A stretch of 33,800 nt of DNA from Candidatus Limnocylindria bacterium (GCA_038248695.1 JBBRXE010000003.1:1-33800), one strand, 5' to 3'. Shown: positions 1-10,134, counted from the stretch's first letter. Translations and numbers: made by a program. The notes: generated from the sequence alone by a model not told the origin.

Positions 1-221
1 CGCGCGGGATCCTGCCCATCGTGGGCCCGACGATCCTCGGCTCGATCTCAGAGGTCGAGGAGCGAAGCCTGGCGCTCGAGGCGCGGGGCTTCACACGCCC
101 CGGCCGTCGCACGCTCCTGTGGACGCCGCGCGACTCGACGACTGAGCGCGTCGCGCGGCTGCTACTCGTTCTCGCCGTTCCCGCGCTGATCATCATTCGC
201 GCTGCAGGCTGGTTGGGCTGA
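1..221 (+). CDS. ecfT: ECF transporter transmembrane (T) component, 3' part only
   Basis: C-terminal 'ERSLALEARGF' Ala-Arg-Gly motif typical of EcfT, directly upstream of two ECF ATPases; runs off the window start. Confidence 0.8.
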   Translation, partial: RGILPIVGPTILGSISEVEERSLALEARGFTRPGRRTLLWTPRDSTTERVARLLLVLAVPALIIIRAAGWLG

Positions 222-1033
222 TGCTGGCCATCGACGCGGTCTCTTATCGCTACGCCGGTGCCCGGCAGCCGTCGCTTCACGACATCTCGCTCGAACTGGA
301 CGACGGTGAGGTGCTTGGCCTCGTCGGCGCCAGCGAGGCCGGCAAGACAACCCTGTGCCTTGTCGCGTCCGGTCTCGCACCGCGCGCCATTGGCGGCGAA
401 CTGCGCGGCCGCCTCGTGATCGATGGCGTGGATGTATCGGCGGAGCCGATGCATGCGCTGGTGGGACGCGTCGGCATCGCGTTCCAGTCGCCGGCCAACC
501 AGCTCTCGGGCGTGGCCGGGACGGTCTACGAGGAGGTCGCCTTTGGCGCAATGAACCTCGGCATCCCACGGGACGAAGTGATCGATCGAACGGAGTTGGC
601 GTTGGAGTCGTTGCGAATCTCGTCGCTCGCCTCGCGAGATCCCGCACGACTGTCGGGGGGCCAGATGCAGCTCGTCGCCATTGCCGGCCTGCTGGCCATG
701 AGGCCCAGGTATTTCGTCCTCGACGAGCCGACGGCGCAACTGGATCCGGCAGGAACGAAACTGGTGAGGGATGCCATCGCCCGACTCGCCGGCGAGGGCG
801 CATCCATCCTGCTGGCCGAGCAGAAGACCGATCTGCTCAGCGGGCTGTGTTCACGCGTCGTGGCGTTGGACTCGGGACGTATCGCCCTTCTGGGACCAGC
901 CGGCCACGTATTGGCCGATGCTCAGCTCGCTGACCTCGGCGTCGAAGAGCCGTCCGCCGTGCGCCTGGACCGCCTGGCCCGCGGCGCGGGACTGGATGAG
1001 GAACGCCTCCGCGTGGACATGGGAACGTCATGA
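221..1033 (+). CDS. ECF/ABC transporter ATP-binding subunit
   Basis: Walker A GASEAGKT, LSGGQ signature, Walker B LDEPT, Q-loop FQSP; overlaps the ecfT stop. Confidence 0.92.
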   Translation: MLAIDAVSYRYAGARQPSLHDISLELDDGEVLGLVGASEAGKTTLCLVASGLAPRAIGGELRGRLVIDGVDVSAEPMHALVGRVGIAFQSPANQLSGVAGTVYEEVAFGAMNLGIPRDEVIDRTELALESLRISSLASRDPARLSGGQMQLVAIAGLLAMRPRYFVLDEPTAQLDPAGTKLVRDAIARLAGEGASILLAEQKTDLLSGLCSRVVALDSGRIALLGPAGHVLADAQLADLGVEEPSAVRLDRLARGAGLDEERLRVDMGTS

Positions 1034-1842
1034 CGATAGGGCTCGCAGTCGAGAATCTCGTGCATGTCTACCAACCTGGCGCGGTTCGTGCGCTCGACGG
1101 CGTCAGCTTCGCGATCGCTGCCGGCGAGCGGGTGGCGCTCATCGGCCAGAACGGCAGTGGCAAGACGACGCTGATTCGGCATTTCAATGGTCTGCTGCGG
1201 CCCTCCAGCGGCACCGTGCTCGTGGGTGGAACGGATGCGCGGATGCAGACGGTGGCAAGCCTGGCCCACCGCGTCGGCCTGGTATTCCAGGATCCCGACC
1301 GCCAGATCTTCTCCGCCTCTGTGCGAGCCGAGGTGGAGTTCGGCCCCCGAAACATGGGTTTCTCGGGGGACGGGCTGCAATCAGCCGTCGACCACGCGCT
1401 GGCCGCCGTCGGACTCGAAGGCGACGAAACGACGAATCCCTATGACCTTGGCGCGTCGCGACGAAAGCTTCTGGCGCTCGCGTCCGTCCTCGCCATGCAA
1501 ACCCCGATCCTAGCGTTGGACGAGCCGACCACCGGGCAGGATCGCCGAGGGATCGATCGGGTGCGCGCCGTCATCGCAGACGTTTCGAAGGCCGGACGAA
1601 CGGTGATTGCCATCAGCCACGATATGCGCTTCGTCGCCGAGGTCTTCGATCGTGTTGTGGTCATGCGTGCCGGACGCGTGGTCCTTGACGGGCCGCCGGC
1701 GTCGGTCTTTGCTCGGAGCTCGTGGGATCTGCTGCGGTCAACGTATCTCGAGCCGCCACTGCCGGCAATCCTGGGCGATCAACTCGGCTTGGGCTCGACG
1801 CCGACCGACAATGACCTGATCGAGGGGCTCGCGGCTCAGTAG
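1030..1842 (+). CDS. ECF/ABC transporter ATP-binding subunit (second A component)
   Basis: GQNGSGKT, FQDPDRQIF, LDEPTTGQD, SHDM switch; ATGA overlap with upstream gene. Confidence 0.92.
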   Translation: MTIGLAVENLVHVYQPGAVRALDGVSFAIAAGERVALIGQNGSGKTTLIRHFNGLLRPSSGTVLVGGTDARMQTVASLAHRVGLVFQDPDRQIFSASVRAEVEFGPRNMGFSGDGLQSAVDHALAAVGLEGDETTNPYDLGASRRKLLALASVLAMQTPILALDEPTTGQDRRGIDRVRAVIADVSKAGRTVIAISHDMRFVAEVFDRVVVMRAGRVVLDGPPASVFARSSWDLLRSTYLEPPLPAILGDQLGLGSTPTDNDLIEGLAAQ

Positions 1843-2282
1843 AAGCCGGGAGGCGCCGGCAGAGGACGTCCTTCCGCATCAGTGCGTTGCTCCGACGGAA
1901 GATCGTCGCGATGGATGCGGCCGCCGGTCGGCCCGGAGATCGGCTCGGCCATGACGCTGGACGCAACCTCGTCCAGGCGCTGGTCGATGCCGCGTAGGCC
2001 CAGGCGCCGCAGAGCCGGGGAGAATCGATCCGCGAAGATGGCGTCGCTCAGCAGGCCGAACAGCAGCGACGGCGCAGAGCGGTTGAGCAGCTCGATCCCG
2101 CGCATCGCCTCCGAAGTGCTGATGCGGTTGAGCCCCAGCTGGCTCTCGAGCATGTCGAGGCCGCGGTTCGCCTCGCGCCGGGTGGGCGTCATCAGGTGCG
2201 GGGTACGGTTGATCAGCACCCGCGTCCGATACAGTGCCCTGCGCACCCGTTCATCGCGGTTGCCGCTTCCGGGGAGAGTCAT
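1836..2282 (-). CDS. hypothetical protein (148 aa)
   Basis: Protein-like composition; TACGAT -10-like hexamer 7 nt before the ATG (leaderless pattern seen across the window). Confidence 0.7.
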   Translation of the reverse strand: MTLPGSGNRDERVRRALYRTRVLINRTPHLMTPTRREANRGLDMLESQLGLNRISTSEAMRGIELLNRSAPSLLFGLLSDAIFADRFSPALRRLGLRGIDQRLDEVASSVMAEPISGPTGGRIHRDDLPSEQRTDAEGRPLPAPPGFY

Positions 2283-2955
2283 GGACCATATCGTACGCGG
2301 TCAGCCCGGATGGCAGGAAGCCATCGCTTCCGCGCTGGCACGTGCGCAGCATCCGATTGCCGTTGATCCCCGCTTCGCTCCACGCGTCCGTCCCGGCGCC
2401 ACGCGCTCGCGCGCCATTTCCCGCGCGTCAATGCCAGACGCTCGCGCTGCCTCCACGCTGCTCCTGGTGCACCCTGGCACCGCGGGTGAACTGGTGGTGC
2501 CGCTCACCCTGCGCCGCGCCGATCTGCGCAGACACGCCGGCGAGGTGTCGCTTCCCGGTGGCGCCGTCGAACCCTCGGACCCGAGTCGCGAGGCGACCGC
2601 ACTGCGCGAAGCCTGGGAGGAGATCGGGTTGGTGCCCTCGTCCGCACGGATCGTGGGCGTGCTCGACGATATCTGGATCCCGGTCTCGAACTTCGAGCTG
2701 CGACCGTACGTCGCCACGCTGGACGTTCGCCCGAACCTGCACCCACAGGCCGATGAGGTGGCGGCCATCCTCGAGCTCCCCCTGCGCCTGATCCTGACCG
2801 ATGAGATCGTCGGCGAGGAGGAGTTCAGCGGTCCCGGCTGGCGATGGCGCGCCGCCGCGTATCACTTCGCCGGTCAGAATATCTGGGGCGCCACCGCACG
2901 AACGCTGGCCATGTTCGCCGCCGTGCTCGGCAATGCCGCGGCGACACCTGGCTAG
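2281..2955 (+). CDS. Nudix CoA pyrophosphatase (NudL-like); start uncertain (2281 or 2431)
   Basis: LTLR..LRRHAGEVSLPGG motif plus Nudix box ALREAWEEIG and IWGATA tail; the ORF-track start at 1882 overlaps an opposite-strand gene. Confidence 0.85.
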   Translation: MDHIVRGQPGWQEAIASALARAQHPIAVDPRFAPRVRPGATRSRAISRASMPDARAASTLLLVHPGTAGELVVPLTLRRADLRRHAGEVSLPGGAVEPSDPSREATALREAWEEIGLVPSSARIVGVLDDIWIPVSNFELRPYVATLDVRPNLHPQADEVAAILELPLRLILTDEIVGEEEFSGPGWRWRAAAYHFAGQNIWGATARTLAMFAAVLGNAAATPG

Positions 2956-3773
2956 GACCGATCCCGCTCTCGAGCGCCGGCGGTTTCGAGGATTGCGAGC
3001 AACTCACCGTGGTGGCGCTCCGGGGCGGCAACGATGCTCACCGTCTTGCCGCGACTGGCCGTCGCCCACCACTCCCCGCCGTGCAGATCCGTGACGCGCG
3101 CGCCGCTGCGCTCGGCGATGAGCCCGGCAGCCGCCACGTCCCAGGGTGACAGCCCCCCGTTCTGCACGAATGCATCGAAACGGCCCGATCCCACGTATGC
3201 CAGCGACAGCGCCGCGCTGCCCATTCGCCGGTGAATGCGCACGGCGCGGCCGATGCGTCGCTCCGCGCTGAGCCCGCCCCGCCCTACGACCGCCAGACTC
3301 ACGACCCAGTCGCTCAGCTGATCCTTGTCCGATGCGCTGATCCGCTCCCCGTTGAGGCAGGCCGGCCCATCGGCCGTCGCACTGAACAGATCGTCGCGAG
3401 CCGGGTCGAAAATGACGCCGACCGCCGGCTGCCCGTCCTCCACCAGACCGATGCTGACGCAGTAGAACGGAATCCCGTTGGCGTAGTTCACGGTGCCGTC
3501 GAGCGGGTCGATGATCCACAGTCGCTGCGCACCCCTGGCCTCCGCCGTGCTTTCGTGCTTGCCCGACTCTTCAGCAAGGATCGCATCGGTCGGATGCTCG
3601 AGTCGGATGGCATCCAGCACCAGGGCTTCGCTGCGGAAGTCGACATCGGTCACCACGTCGCGCTTGCTCTTGTAGTCGATGCGGCCGACCTTCTCGTAGC
3701 CATCGGTCAATACCTTGCCGGCGCGTCGCGCCAGCTCAATCGCAAATGCCAGATCGTCTTTTTGGCTGCTCAC
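2952..3773 (-). CDS. inositol monophosphatase family protein (SuhB-like)
   Basis: WIIDPLDGTVNY and WDVAAAGLI motifs, DVVTDVD. Confidence 0.92.
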   Translation of the reverse strand: MSSQKDDLAFAIELARRAGKVLTDGYEKVGRIDYKSKRDVVTDVDFRSEALVLDAIRLEHPTDAILAEESGKHESTAEARGAQRLWIIDPLDGTVNYANGIPFYCVSIGLVEDGQPAVGVIFDPARDDLFSATADGPACLNGERISASDKDQLSDWVVSLAVVGRGGLSAERRIGRAVRIHRRMGSAALSLAYVGSGRFDAFVQNGGLSPWDVAAAGLIAERSGARVTDLHGGEWWATASRGKTVSIVAAPERHHGELLAILETAGARERDRS

Positions 3774-3868
3774 ACTCCGATGCTAGCTGCTCACCCAGCC
3801 CTTGCCCGAGCGAGCTCGGTAATCCTGCGGTAAGCATCCGATAAGGGCCGGCCTGTCAGAGTGCAACA

Positions 3869-4591
3869 GTGTTGTACTTTGACTGGATCCGCCTGTCCCG
3901 CCACAGACCGCCTGCGCGGACGCCGCTTGCCGTTCAGATCATCGATCAACTTCGTCGGGACATCGTCCTCGGGGAGATGCGGGAACACGAGCGGCTGCCG
4001 CCGCTTCGCACGCTGGCCGCGCTCTACGGCGTGAGCATCCCCACCCTTCGGCAGGCGATGCAGGCCCTTTCGTATCTCGGGATCGTCACTGTCCGGCCGG
4101 GTGACGGCACGTTCGTCGCCTACGGACCGCACTCCGGGCGCGCGCTGATCGCGGGGCTGAAGCGAGCGACCGTCTCGGAGGTGGCGCAGATGCGTCGCGT
4201 CCTCGAGGTCGAAGCCGCCGGCCGTGCCGCCGCCGGCGCCGCCGCGAGAGATGAATGGCTGGATCGCAACATGTCGATCTGGCTCGTCGAGCGCCAGATG
4301 GCGTCCCGATATGGAACCGCGCCCCGATTCCTGACGACCGAGGCGAACTTCCACCAGGCTGTCGTGGCGGCCGGCGGCTCGTCGTACGCGCTCGGCTTGC
4401 ACGCCCAGGTGCTTGAGCGCCTCCGCGCCTCGCTGGCCGCCGATTGCCGACGCCAGGGCAGGAATGAGGACCTCGACGATCTGCACGCCTCATTACTGAG
4501 CGCGATCCGCGAGGGCGCCGCGGGGCGAGCCGGGCGCCTCGCGAGGGAGATCGCCGAACGCGAGGCGCCGACGAGGCGCGCCGCACGCTAG
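3869..4591 (+). CDS. GntR/FadR-family transcriptional regulator
   Basis: N-terminal wHTH (ERLPPLRTLAALYGVSIPTLRQAM...GDGTFV) and FCD-like C-domain (RRVLE, FHQAVV, H). Confidence 0.85.
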   Translation: MLYFDWIRLSRHRPPARTPLAVQIIDQLRRDIVLGEMREHERLPPLRTLAALYGVSIPTLRQAMQALSYLGIVTVRPGDGTFVAYGPHSGRALIAGLKRATVSEVAQMRRVLEVEAAGRAAAGAAARDEWLDRNMSIWLVERQMASRYGTAPRFLTTEANFHQAVVAAGGSSYALGLHAQVLERLRASLAADCRRQGRNEDLDDLHASLLSAIREGAAGRAGRLAREIAEREAPTRRAAR

Positions 4592-4602
4592 GCTTGCTCC
4601 CA

Positions 4603-5373
4603 ATGCCACAGATCCACCTTCACGCCGAAGCGGGCGACTACGCGCCGCTGATCCTGCTGCCCGGCGATCCGAATCGGGCGCGCAGGATCGCCGAACGCTT
4701 CGACGGCGGCGCGGCAGCCATCGAGGATGGGCGCACGCGGCTCGTCAACGAGAATCGCGGCATGCTCGGCTTCACCGGAACCTACGAAGGCCGGCCGGTG
4801 AGCGTGCAGACCAGCGGCATGGGCACGCCGAGCCTGAGCATCGTCGTGGAGGAGCTGTTACGGCTTGGCGCACAGCAACTCATCCGGGTCGGGACGTGCG
4901 GCGGCGTGGCGCCAGGGTTGAAGACCGGCGACCTCGTCATAGCCAGCTCGGCCGCGCCGACCGATGGGACAACGCAGACCTACCTCCATGGCGAGGCGTA
5001 CGCGCCGACGCCTGATTTCGCACTGACCCACGCGCTGTACCACGCCGCGGAGGCGGCTGGGATCGCCGCACATGTCGGCCAGGTCGCATCGGTCGATGTC
5101 TTCTACAACCCGGATGCGGACTACGCCACACGCTGGCGTGAGCGGGGCGTGCTGGCGCTCGAGATGGAGGCATCGGCCCTGTTCTACCTCTCGGCGCGCG
5201 CAGGCATCCGGGCCGCCTGCCTGCTCACGGTGAGTGACCTGATGTCCGAGGAGGCAACTTCCGAGGAGACCTACCTCGCGCCCAACGAGCTCGACGGTGC
5301 GGTCGAGCGCATGATCACCGTGGCGCTCGGCGTGCAGGTGCCACCAACGGAGGCGCACGGCACGAGCGGCTAG
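4603..5373 (+). CDS. purine nucleoside phosphorylase (DeoD/UDP family)
   Basis: LLPGDPNRA, GMGTPS, IRVGTCG, EMEA motifs; ATG at 4603 lies 8 nt after TAGGCT. Confidence 0.88.
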   Translation: MPQIHLHAEAGDYAPLILLPGDPNRARRIAERFDGGAAAIEDGRTRLVNENRGMLGFTGTYEGRPVSVQTSGMGTPSLSIVVEELLRLGAQQLIRVGTCGGVAPGLKTGDLVIASSAAPTDGTTQTYLHGEAYAPTPDFALTHALYHAAEAAGIAAHVGQVASVDVFYNPDADYATRWRERGVLALEMEASALFYLSARAGIRAACLLTVSDLMSEEATSEETYLAPNELDGAVERMITVALGVQVPPTEAHGTSG

Positions 5374-5405
5374 AATCAGAAGCCTTCGAAGGAGGCCTCG
5401 CTGAG

Positions 5406-6572
5406 ATGACCGATACGATCGCGCTGGGTGCCGCCAACCAGGCAGGCGCCCACCTCAATCCGAATGCTGCCGCCGAGGCGCAGGACTTCCTGCCGCTCAA
5501 CGGTATCGACCACGTCGAGTTCTGGGTGGCCAACGCCAAGCAGGCGGCCGCCTACTACCGGGCGCTGTGGGGCTTCACGCAGGTGGCCTACGCCGGGCTC
5601 GAGACGGGGGTGCGGGATCGGGCCAGCTACGTCATGGTCCAGAACGACATCCGCTTCGTCTTCACCGCGCCGCTGACACCCGATGGTGAACTGGCCGAGC
5701 AAGTCCGCAAGCACGGTGATGGGGTGCATGACATCGCCTTCGCCGTCGACGATGTCGCATCGGCTTGGCAGGAGACGACCAAGCGAGGCGCACGAAGCGC
5801 CCTGGAGCCGAGCGGGGCCGAGGGCGAGAAGGGGACCCTTCGACGTAGCGCCATCCACACCTATGGCGAGGTGATCCACTCCTTCGTTGACCGCTCCGAC
5901 TACCACGGCACCTTTGCGCCGGGCTACCACCGCATCAAGAATCCGCCGCCGGCCGCGACCGGCCAGACGCTGCTCGAGGTCGATCACTGCGTCGGCAACG
6001 TCGAGCTCGGCGACATGAACCGCTTCGTCGACTTCTACAAGGACGTGCTCGGCTTCAGCCAGCTGATCCACTACGACGACAAGGTGATCCACACCGAATA
6101 CAGCGCCCTGATGTCCAAGGTGATGCAGAACGGCAACGGGCGCATCAAGTTCCCGATCAACGAGCCGGCCGCGGGCAAGAAGAAGAGCCAGATCCAGGAG
6201 TTCCTGGACTGGTACCTCGACGAGGGAACCCAGCACATCGCGCTGCGCACCACCGACATCGTTGGCACCGTGGGCGCACTGAAGGCGCGCGGCATCGAGT
6301 TCCTGGGCATGCCGCACGCCTACTACGAGAACCTGCCGGATCGGGTGGGCGAGGTTGGTGTACCGATGCAGACGCTCGAAGAGCTGGGGATCGAGGCCGA
6401 TCGCGACGAGGAGGGCTACCTCCTGCAGATCTTCACCAAACCGGTGCAGGATCGGCCGACCTTCTTCTTCGAGATCATCGAGCGCCACGGCTCGCGCGGC
6501 TTCGGCGTCGGCAACTTCAAGGCGCTCTTCGAGGCAATCGAGATCGAGCAGGCCAAACGCGGGAACCTGTAG
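5406..6572 (+). CDS. hppD: 4-hydroxyphenylpyruvate dioxygenase
   Basis: DHCVGN, IKFPINEP, QHIAL, YLLQIFTKP, FFEIIER, GFGVGNFKALFEAIE; AAGGAGG RBS upstream. Confidence 0.97.
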   Translation: MTDTIALGAANQAGAHLNPNAAAEAQDFLPLNGIDHVEFWVANAKQAAAYYRALWGFTQVAYAGLETGVRDRASYVMVQNDIRFVFTAPLTPDGELAEQVRKHGDGVHDIAFAVDDVASAWQETTKRGARSALEPSGAEGEKGTLRRSAIHTYGEVIHSFVDRSDYHGTFAPGYHRIKNPPPAATGQTLLEVDHCVGNVELGDMNRFVDFYKDVLGFSQLIHYDDKVIHTEYSALMSKVMQNGNGRIKFPINEPAAGKKKSQIQEFLDWYLDEGTQHIALRTTDIVGTVGALKARGIEFLGMPHAYYENLPDRVGEVGVPMQTLEELGIEADRDEEGYLLQIFTKPVQDRPTFFFEIIERHGSRGFGVGNFKALFEAIEIEQAKRGNL

Positions 6573-6599
6573 GCGGCAACAGACAGGCGCCGGCAGCGT

Positions 6600-7622
6600 T
6601 CAGCGCCAGCCCAGCTCGGGAGCGACGTAGCGCAGGATCGACTCGATGACGTGGGCGTTGTAGTCGACGCCGAGCTGGTTCGGGACCGTCAGAAGCAACG
6701 TGTCGGCAGCGGCGATGGCGGTGTCCTCGGCCAGCTGCTTGACGAGGACGTCGGGCTCCGCCGCATAGCTGCGGCCGAAGACCGCCCGCGTCGTCGCGTC
6801 GATGTAGCCGATCTGATCGGTTTCCTGCTGGCCGTGGCCGAAGTAGGTTCGGTCGCGGTCGTCGACCAGGGCGAAGATGCTGCGACTCACCGAGGTTTGC
6901 GGCTCGCGCAGGTGGCCGGCGGCGCGCCATGCCTCGCGGAAGGCCTCGATCTGCTCGGTCTGCTGGACGTGCAGCGGCAGGCCGCCCTCGTCGAACTTCA
7001 GGGTCGAGGTCATCATGTTCATCCCGAGCTGTGCGGCCCAGGCCGCGGTCGCGTTCGAGCCGGCACCCCACCAGATTCGCTCCCGAAGCCCGGGCGAGTG
7101 TGGTTCCAGGCGCAGCATCCCGGGCGGGTTCGGGAACATCGGGCGCGGATTGGGCTTGGCGAATCGTTCGCCGGCGAGCAACTGGAGGAAGACCTGGCTC
7201 TGTCGGCGCGCCATGTCGCCGTCGTCCTCCCCCTCGCGCGGGACGTAACCGAAGTGGCGATAGCCGTCGATCACCTGCTCGGGCGAGCCGCGGCTGATCC
7301 CCAGCTGCAGGCGGCCGCCGGCGATGACGTCGGCCGCACCCGCATCCTCGGCCATGTAGAACGGGTTCTCGTAGCGCATGTCGATCACCGCAGTGCCGAT
7401 TTCGATCCGGCTTGTCCTTGCCCCGATCGCCGCCAGCAGCGGGAACGGCGAGGCGAGCTGCTGGGCGAAGTGATGGACGCGAAAGTAGGCGCCATCCGCA
7501 CCCAGCTCTTCGGCCGCCTGCGCCAACTCAATCGACTGGAGCAGCGCGTCGGACGCTGACTGGACGCGCGAGTACGGCGAGGCGGACCAATGCCCGAAGG
7601 ACAGGAACCCGATGCGTTTCAC
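6600..7622 (-). CDS. LLM-class (luciferase-like) flavin-dependent oxidoreductase
   Basis: Starts (V)KRIGFLSFGHW at GTG 7622, 6 nt after TACCAT; AEELGADGAYFRVHHF, IEIGTAVI, GISRGS motifs. Confidence 0.9.
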   Translation of the reverse strand: MKRIGFLSFGHWSASPYSRVQSASDALLQSIELAQAAEELGADGAYFRVHHFAQQLASPFPLLAAIGARTSRIEIGTAVIDMRYENPFYMAEDAGAADVIAGGRLQLGISRGSPEQVIDGYRHFGYVPREGEDDGDMARRQSQVFLQLLAGERFAKPNPRPMFPNPPGMLRLEPHSPGLRERIWWGAGSNATAAWAAQLGMNMMTSTLKFDEGGLPLHVQQTEQIEAFREAWRAAGHLREPQTSVSRSIFALVDDRDRTYFGHGQQETDQIGYIDATTRAVFGRSYAAEPDVLVKQLAEDTAIAAADTLLLTVPNQLGVDYNAHVIESILRYVAPELGWR

Positions 7623-7699
7623 GCTGGAATGGTAGGCGCTCGCCGACGAGGACCGTGGTCGGGTGCGACCATGCTGTGCCGCAAGGGTAGACTCGGGCC

Positions 7700-8698
7700 A
7701 TGAAGATCGCCCACGTCCGCGAGGAGACGGCGCCGGCCGGCGACGCGTGGCGACTTGCCGCCGCGCTCGATGCCAACGGCAACCAGTGGCTCGATCTCGA
7801 GCCGGCGCGCCTGGCGCTGGTGGCCCACGACGCGCAGCTCGCGCACAACAGCGCACTCTTCCGCCAGCCGGTCACCACGCTCGACGCGCACCTGCAGCGT
7901 GGCCTGCGCGTCGAGGCGCTTCGCGATCTGCTCGCCGGGGCTGAAGCGACCCATGCCGACGCCCGATTGGAGGCGACACACCTCGTCTTCGGACCGCCGA
8001 TCCTCCGACCGCCGAGCCTCAGGGACTTCTACGCCTTCGAGCAGCATGTGGCGACGATGTGGAAGCGGCGCGGCGGTGAAGTCCCCGAAGCCTGGTACCG
8101 GCTGCCGATCTTCTACTTCAGCAACGTCAGCGAGATCCGTGGACCCGGCGACCCCGTATGGCCGCCGAAGGGCAGCAACGAACTCGACTACGAGGTCGAG
8201 GTGGCGGCGCTGATCGACACGCCCGTCCACGACGTGGACGCCGCGACCGGCGAGCAGGCCATCGGCGGCTACATGATCTTCAACGACTGGAGCGCGCGCG
8301 ACCTGCAGCGCGAGGAGACGACGGTTCGACTGGGCCCGGCTAAGGGCAAGGATTTCGCCAGCGGCATCGGTCCATGGCTGGTCACCCCCGACGAATTGGC
8401 CGATGCGCGCAGCGGAAAAGCCTACGACCTGGCCATGACGGCGACGGTCAGCGGCCAGGAGACGACGCGCGGGATGTGGTCGACCGCCCAGTTCAGTTTC
8501 GGACAGATGGTCGAGCGCGCCAGCACCGACGTGCGACTGCGACCCGGAGACCTCTTCGGCAGCGGGACGGTCGGCACCGGCTGCCTGCTCGAGGTCCGCG
8601 ATGTGACCCTGGGGCGCTACCTTCAGCCCGGTGACGAGATCAGCGTCAGCATCGAACGGCTGGGCACCCTGACCAACCCCGTGGTGGAGCGACCATGA
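7700..8698 (+). CDS. fumarylacetoacetate hydrolase family protein
   Basis: RDFYAFEQH, LDYEVE, FNDWSARDLQ, KGKDF, GSGTVG; hppD and hmgA nearby. Confidence 0.92.
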   Translation: MKIAHVREETAPAGDAWRLAAALDANGNQWLDLEPARLALVAHDAQLAHNSALFRQPVTTLDAHLQRGLRVEALRDLLAGAEATHADARLEATHLVFGPPILRPPSLRDFYAFEQHVATMWKRRGGEVPEAWYRLPIFYFSNVSEIRGPGDPVWPPKGSNELDYEVEVAALIDTPVHDVDAATGEQAIGGYMIFNDWSARDLQREETTVRLGPAKGKDFASGIGPWLVTPDELADARSGKAYDLAMTATVSGQETTRGMWSTAQFSFGQMVERASTDVRLRPGDLFGSGTVGTGCLLEVRDVTLGRYLQPGDEISVSIERLGTLTNPVVERP

Positions 8699-10128
8699 GC
8701 AACGATGTGACACGACTGGCGTCCATCGAGCGGCGGCTGCGCGGGCACGCCGCCGCCGGCCTGCCCGGCGGCCTGACCGAGCCCGATGACGGCGGCGAGG
8801 AGCGTTGGGACGCCGGCCAGGTATGGGCCCACCTCGCGGAGTTCGTGCCCTTCTGGCAGGCCGAGGTCAGCAAGGTCCTCGACGGCCGCCACGGCCCCCC
8901 GGTTCCGTTCGGTCGCACCAAGGCCGATCCCGAACGGCGCGCGGCTATCGAGCGCGACCGCGGCCTGTCGACCGACGTGCTGCTCGGCCGCATCACCGGC
9001 CAGATTGCCGAACTTGGCCAGACGCTCGCCGCGCTGCCGGACGAGGCGTGGCAGGCACACGGCCTTCATTCACGGCTGGGCGAGATGGCCATACCGCAGA
9101 TCGTCGAGCGCTTCCTGGTCGGGCACCTCGAGGAGCACGCCGACCAGCTCGACCGGCTGGCAGGCCTCGTCTCTCTCGATGACATGCGGGAAGCGGCCGA
9201 TCGCATTCGCGGCGTTGCGGTACGCACCCCGCTGCTCACCTGGGACGACATCACCTGGCTGAAACCCGAGAGCCTGCAGCCCATTGGCGCCTTCAAGATG
9301 CGCGGCGCCTACAACAAGCTGGCATCCATGACCGATGCCGAACGAGCCGCCGGCGTGATCACCTACTCATCGGGCAACCACGGGCAGGCAGTGGCGCGCG
9401 CGGCGCGACTGCTGGGCGCACCTGCGGTGATCGTGATGCCCTTCGACACGCCGCCCATCAAGGTCGACGGCGTGCGCCGGGACGGCGCCGAGGTGGTCTG
9501 GTGCGAGACCCCGTCGTCCGAGGATCGCGAGAAGATCGCGCGCAACCTCGCCGCCGAACGCGGTTATACGGTCATACCGCCCTACGACGATCCCGCGGTG
9601 ATCGCTGGCCAGGGGACCTGCGGCCTGGAGATCGTCGAGGACCTGCCCAATGTCAGCAGCGTCCTGGTCCCGACCAGTGGCGGTGGGCTGCTGGCCGGCG
9701 TCGCCGCCGCGGTCGCGCGCATGGCACCGCGGGCACGAATCATCGGCGTCGAGCCCGAGCTGGCCGCCGACGCCGCCGAATCTTTACGGCGCGGCGAGCT
9801 GGTCAGCTGGCCGTCGGAGAAGACCGCGCGCACCATGGCCGACGGGCTGCGCACCCAGTCGCTCGGCCGGCTGCCATTCGAGCACCTGCGCCGCTTCGTG
9901 GACGAGATCGTGACCGTCAGCGAGGACGAGATGGTCAGCGCCATCCGGCAGCTGGCCGAGCGAGCGCGCCTCGTCGTGGAGCCCAGCGGCGCCGCCGCCA
10001 TGGCCGCGCACATTTCGGGTCGCGCACCGCAGGCTCATGACGATAATGCGCGGGTGGTCATCATCAGCGGTGGGAACGTCGATCCGCGCCGCTTCGCCGA
10101 GATCCTCACCGCCGACAACGGAGGCTGA
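8695..10128 (+). CDS. fusion of a DinB-superfamily domain and a PLP-dependent threonine/serine dehydratase-type domain
   Basis: N-part has W...AHLAE and HLEEHADQL (DinB His ligands); C-part has KPESLQPIGAFKMRGA (PLP Lys), SSGNHGQ, SGGGL, EPSGA, SGGN. Confidence 0.85.
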   Translation: MSNDVTRLASIERRLRGHAAAGLPGGLTEPDDGGEERWDAGQVWAHLAEFVPFWQAEVSKVLDGRHGPPVPFGRTKADPERRAAIERDRGLSTDVLLGRITGQIAELGQTLAALPDEAWQAHGLHSRLGEMAIPQIVERFLVGHLEEHADQLDRLAGLVSLDDMREAADRIRGVAVRTPLLTWDDITWLKPESLQPIGAFKMRGAYNKLASMTDAERAAGVITYSSGNHGQAVARAARLLGAPAVIVMPFDTPPIKVDGVRRDGAEVVWCETPSSEDREKIARNLAAERGYTVIPPYDDPAVIAGQGTCGLEIVEDLPNVSSVLVPTSGGGLLAGVAAAVARMAPRARIIGVEPELAADAAESLRRGELVSWPSEKTARTMADGLRTQSLGRLPFEHLRRFVDEIVTVSEDEMVSAIRQLAERARLVVEPSGAAAMAAHISGRAPQAHDDNARVVIISGGNVDPRRFAEILTADNGG

Positions 10129-10134
10129 CAAGCG

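Noticed and set aside
5376-6488. Long antisense ORFs (also 6651-7559, 7619-8713, 24603-25643, 31560-33182)
   Set aside because: Typical high-GC antisense shadows of well-supported genes
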